From: Callorhinchus milii
Taxonomy: Eukaryota
DNA length: 64,000 bases
Assembly (NCBI RefSeq): GCF_018977255.1
Contig: NW_024704743.1
Coordinates: 43,588,001 to 43,652,000, forward strand
Direction: 5' to 3'
Each line of letters starts with the position of its first letter. The stretch's first letter is position 1. Positions 48,426-60,635 of the stretch are shown piece after piece. A model generated the notes under the pieces. That model had not been told where the DNA came from. It searched no databases and saw nothing but the letters and a program-made list of their open reading frames with translations. Made by a program: the position numbers and the translations under genes.

Positions 48426-50139
48426 TAGATTACATTTGTTCTTTTCAAGGTGCAATGGCTGAATGACTAAAGCTTGATGTCTCCTTGCCCTTAGATGAAT
48501 ATTGATGATATTTTTTCTTTCAATTCCCCAAGACATAAAAATAATTCTCTTATGAGCGTTAGCATTCTTATCTTTGGTCGCTCCATCCTTACTCCTTTTT
48601 TCTACTGACAGTCTTCCTTTACTATCTCCCCAATCTCAAATGGAATTTCACATATCTGCTTCATTTCAAAACCTTTATGATAAACATTCAGTCTCCACTC
48701 AGTAACTCTTAGCTCTCGAAAAAGCTTGATTTCATCTTTGTTATTTTGTCTAAAACTGGAATACTGCTGTTAACTAAGCTTGTCTATCACCTCTCACATT
48801 CCAAGATACAAGGACAGTGTGTCTGAAAGGTGATCATCCTGCTCTCATCTCCAGCCTCCAATCTCTATTTTACCACTACAGTATTAGTACCCTTTCCTAC
48901 GCATTCATCCTCTTCCCTGTGTTTAAAAACAGAATTATTCTATCATGTACTGAAATTCACTCACCTCAGCAGTACTGTGGAGTTGCTTATGTCCTTCAGT
49001 CTCGCAAAAATAATTATGATACTCAGGTTTGGCAACACTTCACCACTGTTTTTAAATATATCTTTTGACCTCCCCTTGATTCTTTTGAACCCCTGTGGCT
49101 TTCTAAACTATCAAATTATGTAAAATGCAAAGGATTCTAAATGATCAAATGTAAAGGTTATTGTACTTATCAATATTTATAATAAACTAGAAGCTTTATT
49201 GTTTCACACCAGATTTTATTAAAAAGAAGACCAAACCGCATTGTTTCAAGAATCATAATAATATTAATAATAATCCTTGCATTTGATATAGCGCCTTAAC
49301 ACATCTTTGAGACACCTCAAGGCGCTTCACAAAATATATTGTGAAGTGACTCAACTGTGTAAATGTCCCAAGGTTTTGGTACAAATCAGCATACTAATTG
49401 CTTGCAGAATAAAACCACCAGGTTTGGCATTTTTATAAATTCTGTACAGTGAGCCAAAAAAGTCATGTTATTGCTGTCAGGTAACACGATTTATCAACAT
49501 CTGTGTAATTTAGTTAAACATAAATAACAAGTTTTCTTCAGCCTGGAACAGTGTGTTCTGACAGTGTGGTTCAAGTGTGTGTGTTGGGGACCTGCTGGAG
49601 TTTAACCAGCTAAAACTGCAAATTGCAGCTTGCCATTGTAAGCGTTGTCTGGCAAGCTTCCTGTTCCTTGTTCAGCTCGGACCACCCTAGAGGCTTAGGA
49701 CATCAGCAATCATACGATTGATGTTAATGAAATAAAAGCTTCATTATGTGACCACTCTATCTGAATATACACAAAGGCCCATTCAATTCAGGCAAATTGC
49801 ATAGGAAGGGATGAAATCCCTGCTCTCCAAGGCCAAAAAAATTAAATGCCATCTATCAGCCCAGAGGCTTCTGGCCTAGCCCACTTGGATGCTAAAAGTG
49901 AACTCTTACTCTACTTTGGCTCCAAGTTCTGGTTTGTGAATTATTTGTCCAAGGTTCATCTGCAAAGTAGAGCCCCCAAACCTGCTCCACCACACCTAGG
50001 AAATGCCAATTTACAGGCCACCAAGGCAAACAAAAATGCAAATGCAAACATGAACAAAAAACAATCCTGGAGACCAATATATGGCTGAACATTTACAAAG
50101 CAGATCATTTTAAAATTTAAATAAATTGACAAAATCGCT

Positions 50140-50425
50140 CTGTGCTTCTTGTCCCCCACCTTCCCCTGCTCCCTCGCCCGCTCCCTCCATCATCAGGTGG
50201 GCTTTCAGACCATCTGACCCCGCTCTCTGGAGCCCCTCCAATTTGCTCCCTCCCTCACTTCTTTCACAGTCTACCTGAAGACCGACCTTTTTGACCGTGC
50301 TTTCAGTCATCTCTTCCCTCCCAGCTGCCACTCCCAGCTTGGGTGACCAGCCAGGGCTGTGAAGTCTTTTGGGACATCCTCCCAATATTAAAGACGTTCT
50401 ATAAATGTAAACTTGTATTGTTTTG
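50140..50425 (+). mobile_element. Old L2 3' fragment
   Basis: 'ccatcatcaggtgggctttcag...ctttttgaccgtgctttcag...gggacatcctcccaat...ataaatgtaaacttgtattg'. Confidence 0.65.
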
Positions 50426-50612
50426 TAAAATAAAATTATCAGAATAAAAACAAAATGGATGTGTTAGAGCCCTGAGTGGAACAAACCACTTGGAGAGGAG
50501 CACCACCTGCTGGTGTTACCCAAAGCGTTTCTTAAATAAGAAACAGAACACATTTAGAAATACCGCAATTTGTTAACCTAATATTATTATCATTATTTAT
50601 TATGGACTAGTC

Positions 50613-51381
50613 AGAATAAAAGAACAGATTATTTTCTGGAAGGGGAGAAGTTAGATAGTGTTAGTATTCAAAGGGATTTGGGTGTCCTTGTACACCAGTC
50701 CCAAAAAGTTAGTTTGCAGGTGCAGCAAGCAACTAAGAAGGCGAACGGCATGTTAGCGTTCATTTCGAAAGGTTTAGAATATAAGAGCAGGGAAGTCTTG
50801 CTGCAACTGTATAGGGCTTTGGTGAGACCGCACCTAGAGTATTGTGTGCAGTTTTCGTCTCCTTATTTAAAAAAGGACATACTTGCCCTAGAGGGGGTGC
50901 AGCGTAGATTCACTCGGTTAGTTCCTGGGATGAGGGGACTGACCTATGAGGATAGGCTGAATAAACTAGGTCTATATACTCTAGAGTACAGAAGAATTAG
51001 GGGAGATCTTATTGAAACTTATAAGATTCTTAAAGGGCTGGATAACGTAGACACAGAGGGACTGTTTCCTCTGGTAGGAGAATCTATAACCAGGGGTCAC
51101 AGTCTTAAAATTAATCTTAGAACAGAGTTGAGGAAACATTTCTTCACTCAGAGGGTAGTGAACTTATGGAATTCACTACCCCAGGAGGCTGTAGATGCTC
51201 AGTCCTTGAACATTTTCAAGGCTGAGACTGATAGATTCTTGAAAAATAGAGGTATTAGGGGATATGGGGATAGGGCAGGTAATCAGAGTTAGGTGAGAAG
51301 ATCAGCCATGATCTTATTGAATGGTGGAGCAGGCATGAAGGGCCGAATAGCCTACTCCTGCTCCTAGTTCTTATGTTCTTA
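50613..51381 (+). mobile_element. Young 5'-truncated CR1 LINE 3' end, same family as CR1-B
   Basis: 204-aa ORF2 C-terminus (RPHLEYCVQF...WNSLP); tail TTCTTATG repeats; TSD TGTTAA at 50571-50576 and 51382-51387. Confidence 0.95.
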
Positions 51382-53128
51382 TGTTAATGGACAAGGCTGG
51401 AAGACTAGTAGATTCCTGCAGATGCTCTAGTGATGGTTTAAAGGGGGACATTGTTCACCATTGCAGGTTCATACTGGTGGAAAACAAGTAGTGCACATTG
51501 CTGCTTCTATAGTTTGTCGTATGGAACATGCAGCATTTGTTGATTGCATTTAATCTCTGGCTACTATATGTGTTATGGAAAGGAAAAGAAAATAGATACA
51601 TGCTTAAAAAAGAGAGATATTAAAGTAATGCGGGGAGCCGGGGAGAAGAACGTGCTTAAGTTCTTGGCTCATGTGGAGAAAAACATGATACAGCCGCAAC
51701 TAAGGATGGGAAAATAAGAAATGTTCTTCATATATTCATTAAAAAGTAAAACATGAAATTGGAAATTATAGAGAAGTATGTCTAACATCTGTGATAGTGA
51801 AAATATTTGAAAGTACAACAGCAACAACTTGCATTTATATAATGCCCTTCACGTGGAATAGTGTCCCAGAGCACAGCATGATTATGTACCAATTCTCATC
51901 TAAAGAGCACAGAGGCTCTGCACAATGACAACAGACAGTAGCAACAATTTACAAGTTTTAAATATCCATCCAGTTTTAAACATCTGGAACTACCTGAGGA
52001 TGGAACTAAACCAATGGATGAAGGAACAGATATAACTTACTTGAAGCTATTTGATAGTGTTTCACTTCTGAGTCTTCTAAATGTTAATGATATTCTCACG
52101 AGCTGGGTTGGAAAATTGTCTTAGCCAAAGGAAGTAGATTCAAACGATAATTAGAAAATATTCTGTCTAAGGCAGTTCCTCCAGGCAAATCTGGTTCACA
52201 TGCTGTTCAAAATATTGATAAAAATAATGCAAGAGAATGGGGTAACATTACTTCATCAAATCTGTTATGAAATTACTGACTCAGACATAACACCAGTGGC
52301 AAAATTGAGTAGATTACATGTGGATTCAATGATCTATTATGGATACACTTCCAACGCTGTTCCATATACAGGACCTCCTCAATTATAACTCCCAAATTAA
52401 TCTACTTTAATGATTTATTACAATCTCTCACTGTGATTGTAAATACTGAATATAGTTTAAAATAAACTGTTGAGAAAGTAACTGCTGGAGTGCAGAACAT
52501 GGCACTATCTATGCTTACAACATTTATTTATATTCTATGAAGGGTTCCAAATAAACATTTAACTGTCAGTTCATTAATGGGTTTAATCTGCCAGGGTCAC
52601 GAAAGGATTTGTGAATCATGAATCTTGCTGTTGTCAAGATGTGCTGCAGACCAGCTCTCTGGAGTTCCAGTGGGTCAGTCTGAGACAAGTCTGAGTTACT
52701 GCAGAGCTCAGTAGTCACATTGTAAACAGAAACTTGTCCTTAGATCCCAAACTCAAGCGAGGGGTGAAACAGAAGGGAAAATATGTCCTGACTCCAGCAA
52801 GCAGATGGAGTGGAAAAGACAGCAGACCTGACAACCGACTAAAGAACCAGGTAAGAATTGAACCTCCCTCCTGATGGGCCAATAAGGGACTGGGTGCAAG
52901 CAACTAAGAAAACCATCAGTGTTGACTACAGCTAAAATGGATCACATGGGTCATGGGCGACTTGTGTTATGATAAAGAATGACCAATCAATGTAAAGTGA
53001 AGCAACCCTAGCGCAAAGGATGGTTGTGACAGGGTAAATGTGACTAAAAGAATATATAAGTAAAAGAAGGCTAAATAGCAATGGAGAGCAACGGAGAAAC
53101 AAGCTCCACAGTAAGCAACTGTGACAAT

Positions 53129-53305
53129 AATAAATAATAATAATCCTTGCATTTGATATAGCGCTTTTCATGTCTTCTACATGTCTCAAAGCGCTTCACT
53201 GTAAAGCGAATTGAGTGTTTATTTGTGGGCAAAACGTGGAAGCCAATTAAGCACAGCAGTGCCTCACAAACAGTCGTGGATTGAGTGACCAAATTGTTAT
53301 TTTAT
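53129..53305 (-). mobile_element. 5'-truncated SINE (subfamily B) with a complex 5' extension
   Basis: 'aataataatccttgcatttgatatagcgcttttca...cagtcgtggattgagtgacc'. Confidence 0.85.
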
Positions 53306-53621
53306 TTATTTATTTCCTTGAGAAATAAATATTTATATTTATAAATAAATATTTATTTATCTCCTTGACAAGAAGGAGATCTTTCATCAACATTGATTCC
53401 GTCGCTCGCTAATTCCACAGTCCAGCACTTTTGCTCTCCCGGTGTAGGTAACTGAGCTCCACTGGACTCCGAGCAATACGTCGCCATTGTATATAATTAT
53501 ATAACAGTTAAATTGTCACTTTGGCTTTAGCCAATAAACTATTTGATTTGTGTACTTGAGAAACCTGGCCTTGCATCTCTGTGTTATAGCATGAGAACTT
53601 TTTACAACATATTTACACAGA

Positions 53622-53840
53622 CTTGGCTCAGTTGGCTGTTCTCCCACCCTTGAATCAGAAGGTTGTAGAATCAAGGCTATCGTTGAGACTTTGAACTAAC
53701 TATCTTGATACTCCAGCACAGTTCTGGGGGTACACTTCATGTCAGAAGTGCCATCCTTCAGGTGATACGTTAAACTGAGGTCCCACCTATCTGTACAGGT
53801 GAACATTAAAGATTCTATGGCAATACTCAAAAAGAGAAGG
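53622..53840 (+). mobile_element. DeuSINE-like SINE 5' half
   Basis: 'ttggctcagttgg...tgaatcagaaggttgt...gtcagaagtgccatccttcagg...taaactgaggtccc'. Confidence 0.7.
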
Positions 53841-54734
53841 TTACAGGTTAAAAGGTTTATTATATGTGAATACATTTCAAAGAAAAAAAATGGCAAGTAA
53901 ATGTGGTATGTGTGGAATTTGACAGGAGTTGTTAAATTATTAAAGTACTGGTGAATCTTTCCACAGTCGACAGCACAACAGTGAATTCTGTTTTCAAAAG
54001 TTGAAAGTACAAGATGAGAAAAAAATGGCCTTTTTGAACAGGTCAGCACTGTATTAAACATATTTGATAAATCAATGAAGATTTGTTGTGTTTAATAGGT
54101 TGATGAGTTAAACTATGCAAGTGTCAAGGAGAGGACAAGTTTAATTACTTGAGGATGAGTGACTTGGTATCAGATCTCTTTGGACTGACAAGGAGAGATG
54201 AAAGAACAGTGTAGGTAATTGCTTGAGGGTTTTAACCGTAACCAAACAAGATACTACAAAATCACTAACTGTCTTCAGACATAATTGTTTCTGTGCCACC
54301 GGAGATAGCCAGATGATGTCTGTGAGAAGTGTTTGTATCTCCTACTTGCCGAGATCAATTACCTTCTTCCTTCTCAAATGATGTTAGAAACCCGCTACCC
54401 AGCCTTCACATTCTTGCTCTAAAGCACAGACTTTAAGTAGATAAGGCTAGACTGTCAGCAAAGATACCTGTCTATATTCCTTCCGAACACAAATTTCCAA
54501 ATTTCTTGCAAGGAATGTATAAGAACTGCTGTCATCAGCAAATCCAATTAACTTGCTCACAATCGTCTTCTCAAGATTTTGATATCCATTTTAGGCAATA
54601 CAGTGAAATTCCATTGATTAAAAACTCAATTTAACAGCAACATTTATTCAATAAACTGAACTTTTCATCTAACCGGACTAAACATAATAGGAGACTCAAC
54701 TCCCAGAGCTCTAAATTCTATTCAATAAACTATT

Positions 54735-55066
54735 GTGAAGTCCTGTAGTTCAGTGGTTCACTCGCCTCACAAGTGAGAGACCTGGGTTTGATTCCCGGCA
54801 GGGCAAAACCTTGGGCAAGTTTCTTTACTCCACACGCCTAATAATAATCCCTCAAGAAAAAAATACAATAATAAATTGGTCACTTCAATCCACGACTGTT
54901 TGTGGGACACTGCTGCTCAATTGCCTGCCACGTTTCGCCCACAAATATACAGTCAATTCACTTTACAGTATATTCTGTGAAGTGCTTTGAGACATCTAGA
55001 AAATGCGAAAAAGCTCTATATCAAATGCAAGGATTATTATTATTATAATTATAATTATTATTATTA
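54735..55066 (+). mobile_element. Full-length tRNA-Ala-derived SINE (subfamily B)
   Basis: Head 'gtgaagtcctgtagttcagtgg', B box, (TTA)n tail. Probable TSD TTATTCAAT at 54644-54652 and 55067-55075. Confidence 0.92.
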
Positions 55067-57164
55067 TTATTCAATTATCCGAAATTCAATTAATCAAATT
55101 TAATCGATTGTAGCCACAATCATTCAATTGTCAACAATTCAACTGTTATGATGGGTCTCCAAGCATCTCGCCATTTAATAAAAATCCTTGTATTTGATAT
55201 AGTGCCCTACTACATTATTGAAATGTCTCAAAGCACTTCACAGGATATTACTGTAAAATGTAGTGACTGTGTATTTTGTAGAGAACGCAACAGTCAATTT
55301 GTGTACTGCAATGTCCCACAAGCAGCCATTAAGTGAGTGATCAATTTTATCTGGGGGATTGTTGACAATTTAGTTTAAATTGAACTTGGACCAAATGGCC
55401 AAAAGGGATCCAATATTAAGCAGCTGTGTTGATGTTAAAAATCACAACACAAGCATGCCTATGACTCATTGGATAATATTCAGAAGGAGAAAACATCACT
55501 GATATTTTACCCTACATAGTCCAAAGCCCAGTTTAGCAACTTTTCTCACTACAATTGATGCTATCAGTTAGTGATATTTTTATTGTAAACATTCTGAACG
55601 CCTGAACAGTTAGTTTTACAGAGGATATAAAATGTTATGAAGAAAGAAGAAAGATGCAAGAAAAGGTAGGCATTTCACAAGTCAACTGAAAAAGTGCAGT
55701 TGACCCTTCAACCTTATCCCTTTTGAATATTATCTACAATTCATCCTAGTAAGCATTCCACCAAATGGTTGAATTTCCTGAGGTAACACTTCTTACAACA
55801 TACTATTTTTTTTCTCTCCCTCTGTGAATCCTGAAGGCAATCCAGTGAAAATGGTGAACATCAATCAAATATTACAGCCTATGTTATTTATTATTATTTC
55901 ATAGATTTTGAAGCTGATATGGTTAACACCTGATAAAGCATAATCCAGTCCTCCATGGTTGTTAAGCAGTTCAGAAAACATAAGAAGCTAGAAACTCATC
56001 CAATAGAACTAACATCTCTAGCCACTCGGGATAGACAAGGAAAACTGATCACTTTGCACTGCTATCTCCTCTCTGCTCTCTCTTCTCTCTGACAGGAAAC
56101 TGGAAACATAGAACAGCACAGCAGGCCTAACGTCATCTGAAAAAGGAATGTTTTGGCTGACCGTTCATCACAACTAAATCAAATGAGAATGAAATGGGTC
56201 AGTCTAATAGGACTAATGTGTTTATCTCTCGTTCAGATACTGATAAATCCTTTCTTCCCTTTCAGCATTTAATTTTTACCACAGTCACTACATCTTACTG
56301 TAGTTTCTCCTGGTGCTCTGGCCAACAATCCCCAAATAAAATTAGTGATTCACTTCATCGGTGTTTGTGGGACATCACTGTGTGCAGATTGGCTGCCTCA
56401 TTCACCTACAGTCACTACACTTCACAGTGTATCAAGTGCTTTGAGACATCCTCTCAACATAAAAGACTGTATACCAAATGCAAGAATTATTATTATCACT
56501 ATTTTCTATGATCCGAACTTCTTACAGGAGACAACTTCAATACCAGAGCAGGCAGGCTTTATATTTGCAAGGTTACCTCATCTACATATATTAACGATGG
56601 TAGCTGGGATAAAGCAGTGGTGATGAGTTCCTGGCAAGTAGTGCCAGGAATTTGAACCCTTGGGTCTGTACAGAAAGAGCTTCAGATCTTGTCTGTATAT
56701 TCAAAGCAGCACTATTACATGGTGACTAGATGTGTTCTGACAAGGAGGAAGGGTAACTGGTGAGCAGATGACCCTGGGCTACTCTGGTAACTCCCATTGG
56801 CTGATGCTTAGTAGAGCTTGTGTCTTTGTCTCTCTACCAGAGAGCAGTGCCTCATGTAAGAAAACTAAACAGAAGGAAAGAAAGTCATTTAAAAATAGAG
56901 GGACCAAATACCTATATATGTTTGTTTTTAAATAAGCAATCCTAGCTAGAACAAGGCAATAAAAGTACCAACAAATATAAACTGTTTTGTTGAGTAATAA
57001 ATAAGTAGACCATTCCTTGGTAACAAATTAAAGAAACATATGATCCTAACTTCTACAGGAGATAAAGTTAATTAATACCAGAGCAATTTATGGACTGTTT
57101 ATGGACTGGTTTTCTTTTTATAAAAACACCTTTACATTTATTTCAAATATTAGTGCAAATCTAA

Positions 57165-57520
57165 TAATAATAAATGGAATAATAACAATCCTTGCATTTA
57201 AATATAGCTCCTTATCATGCCATCAAAATGTCTCAGTGTGTTTTATCTCATTGTTACTGTGAAGTTATTGTATTTGTAGGTGAACTCAACAGCTAATTGG
57301 GGCACACCAATATCCCACAAACAGTCATGAAGTAAATGAGTAATTTTCTCTGGAAGATTATTGGCCAGAACAACAGGAGAAACTCCATATTGTCATGGAA
57401 TCTGTAATGTCCACCTGATTAGGTAGACTGTACCTTGGTTAAAGTGTCATCTGAAGGGCCATACCTCCAACAATGCAGCGTGTCCCCAGCACTACACTGT
57501 CAGCCTAGACTGTGAATTCA
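57165..57520 (-). mobile_element. Old DeuSINE-like SINE
   Basis: Tail 'caatccttgcattt'; body 'ttggccagaacaacaggagaaactcc...catacctccaacaatgcagc'. Confidence 0.65.
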
Positions 57521-59044
57521 CATCAAGTGTTCATGCAGGTTATGCTTGGGGGAGGAAGAGGGGGGAAGAGGAGAGAAAGAAGTATATGAAGTCTCTTTTG
57601 GGCTAGAAATCCAAAATGATGATGAATCAATTGGAAAATCGGAGCGAATGCTAAGGAACAAGGGGTGAGGAATTGTCAGTCAGTGTATTATAACAGATTT
57701 ATTGTGAAGCTAGAAGCGCTAGTACATACAAAATACTGCTAATTGTGACACAAATGAAAATCACTACTTTATGGAACACTTAAGGAATACTGCACATTTT
57801 ACCACACTGAGTCTTCCAATCGTATTAGAGAATTAACAACAACACAATAGTTGCATTGTATACAACGCCTTATCACAATGTGGAACCATCTCAAAGCGCT
57901 TCACAGAATTTACTGTAAAGTGTAGTTGCTGTGTTTTGTAGGCAAAGATGGCCTTGAACTTAAGCTCTGATCATAGAGTGCCATTTTTCCTCATTTTGTG
58001 CATCATAAGGACAGGATTCCTCATGGTTTCCGTTATTTTATAAAGGATAAAACCTTTTCATCCGACTTCCTGACAATAAATCCTGTGTTCATTTTGTGCA
58101 AAGGAGCATCTGATATCTCTTAAAACCTTAATTTCTATTAGATGCTGTAAGTTATTCAGTGAGTGCATATGTTGTCCCAAGACTCACAACAACGTACACT
58201 CGCCAGTGAATGAATGAAATTAATTCTGACTCTTCGTAACAAAATATGAAATAAAAAGGGCTGTAGGAAGATTCTTCTTTAAGCGTTAAGAGTGTTAAGA
58301 GTGTGGAATGAATGTTTTACATACAATGGTTGTTAAAGTTGAATTCATAAAAGCATTCAAAAGGAAATAGAATAAACACTTGAGAAAATTAGCATGATAT
58401 ATTTAGTCAACTGAGGGAAAGCTCTGTGAAAATACTCGCCAATCTACAAAGACAATCAAGTGTTCATCCACCTCTGCATATCCAATGTGGAAAACTATCC
58501 TCATGTTCCCCGCAAATGCACTTTCAACAAAAATACAGAAATATTCTGTACCTGGTGTTTTAATTCATTGGAGGGTTTATTTGTAATTAATGGTTTTAAA
58601 AGAAAACATAAAAATACTAATTTTTATTACTGAATACTAATGCGAAATTCTAAGAAGCAGCATTTTATATTTGGTTAAAATCAATTAAATACATGATATT
58701 CAAAGATTATGCTTGGTATTACAAAAGCACATGTTTGCTTTGTTTAATTTAACGGCACATATTAATTATGTTGTAAAAAATTAACTTGGGCCTTTTTATT
58801 TATAGCTTTGAGCAATTCCATCCAGGAGCAGAAAAAATGCCAAATGTGATGTGATGAAGCATATCATTTTGTTAAAAAAAAACTCCCGAAGGAATCATCC
58901 TTTTGAGGAATGGAACTGCTGAAATATTTAGTTATCCTGTTGTGTAAGGCTATGTAGAGTCAGGGGATGCAATATTTATTTGAATGGGGGAAAGAACTTG
59001 AGCTAAATATATCCAAAACAAAATTAAGTCCCTGGAAAACTGAA

Positions 59045-59555
59045 CAACAACAACAAATTGCATTTGTATAGAGATTTTCATGTCAGGAGGACATCCCAAG
59101 ATAATGGACAGTAAAACGTTTGCACCCAAGCTGGGGGTTGAAGTCAGGAGGTTTGCAGGGCACAGGATGGCAGAGGTGGTAGAATGATGGGAGGTATGAT
59201 CAAAAAAGAAGGCTTGAGACAGGCATTAAGGAACCAAGGGAGGGGGCGAGGTGGAGGGACTCTGGGATGGAGTTCAAGAGGGTGGGGGCAAAAATAACAA
59301 CAATAGCTTGCATTTATATAGCATCCTTCACATGGGGTAGCGTCCCAGAGCCAAAAAGGCTGACTACCGATGGTGGGGCTGGCAGGGCACATGGAGCAGA
59401 CCAATGCGTGCCAAGCGGAAGAGTGGGCAGGTTGGTAAAGTTTTAGTAGGTCACAGAGGTGGGGAGGAGCAAGACTGTGGAGGGTTTTAAAAGTGAGAGC
59501 AAGGATATTCAACTCAAACCTCTGGGGGATGGGGAGCCAGTGAAGCTGGTTGAGG
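59045..59555 (-). mobile_element. L2 3' fragment with a short second-family L2 tail inserted (~59291-59350)
   Basis: [28 protein letters not shown] on the minus strand. Confidence 0.8.
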
Positions 59556-60635
59556 ATACAATACAAAATTACATTTATAAAGTGCCTTTCACAACGGGAG
59601 GACGTCCCAAGGCGCTGATCAGTCAGGGATTAGGACCCAAGCCGGGAGAATCATTGGGATCAGGGAGGGTTGAGGTTAGGGAAGATAGGAGGGTGGCCGA
59701 AAGCATGGTTGAAGAGATGGGTCTTGAGTCGTGCCTTGAAGGAGGCAAGGAGGGAGTGAAGCAAAGGGAATGTGGGATGGAGTTCCAGAGGGTGGGGGCA
59801 GAGAAGCTGAAGGAACAACCGCCGATGGTGGGGCGGGCAGGGGGGGGGACATGGAACAGGCCAGAGCCTGCTGAGTGGAGTGAGCGGACAGGTTGATAAG
59901 AGGTTAGCAGGTTGGAGAGGTAGAAGGGGGCAAGGCCATGGAGGGCCTTGAAGGAGAGAACGAGAATTTTTAACTCTATCCTCTGAGGAATGGGGAGCCA
60001 GTGGAGCCGGGCGAGGTGGGTGTGATGGGGTCAAGGAGCCTGATGTGGGAGAGAACACGAGCTGCAGAGTTCTGGATGATCTGCAGCTTGTGGAGGGAAG
60101 AGTTGGAAAGGCCGATAAGCAGGGCATTGGCATAGTCGAGCCTGGGTGTAATGAAGGGTTCTGGGTGTAATGAAGCATGTATGAGGGTTCTAGCTGCCTG
60201 AGGGGTAAGGCAGTGGTGGAGTCGGGCAATGTTGTGGAGGTGGGGGAAGGCAGAGCAGATCATGGCACGGATGTGGGGGAGAAAGGACAGTTGAGGGTCG
60301 AACAAGACACCCGGGATACTGACTGGTTTGGTGAGGTGGAATGTGCATTCATGGATACTGATACTACCAGTGCCTGGGGTGCTGAGGCGCTGCTGCAAGC
60401 CAATCAGGTGAACCTTGGTCTTGCTGATGTTCGACTGTAGAAAGTTGATTCTCATCCAGGATCTGATGTTTGACAGACAGTCTGTTAGGACATCAGTGGT
60501 CCTGAGGTCGAGGGTGGAGGCAGAGAGATAGAGTTGGGTGTCATCCACGTACATGTAGAAGTTGACCTCATGTCTGCAGATCATGTTACCAAGGGAGAGC
60601 ATGTACAGGTTGAAGAGGAGAGGACTGAGGACAAA
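59556..60635 (-). mobile_element. L2 LINE RT C-terminus plus 3' UTR
   Basis: [32 protein letters not shown]; frameshifting 15-bp repeat at 60142-60156 and 60161-60175. Confidence 0.9.

Noticed and set aside
56236..56270. DKSFLPF resembling the upstream ZNF385 exon (DIKPFLPF)
   Set aside because: Wrong strand relative to the real exon, and no further similarity.
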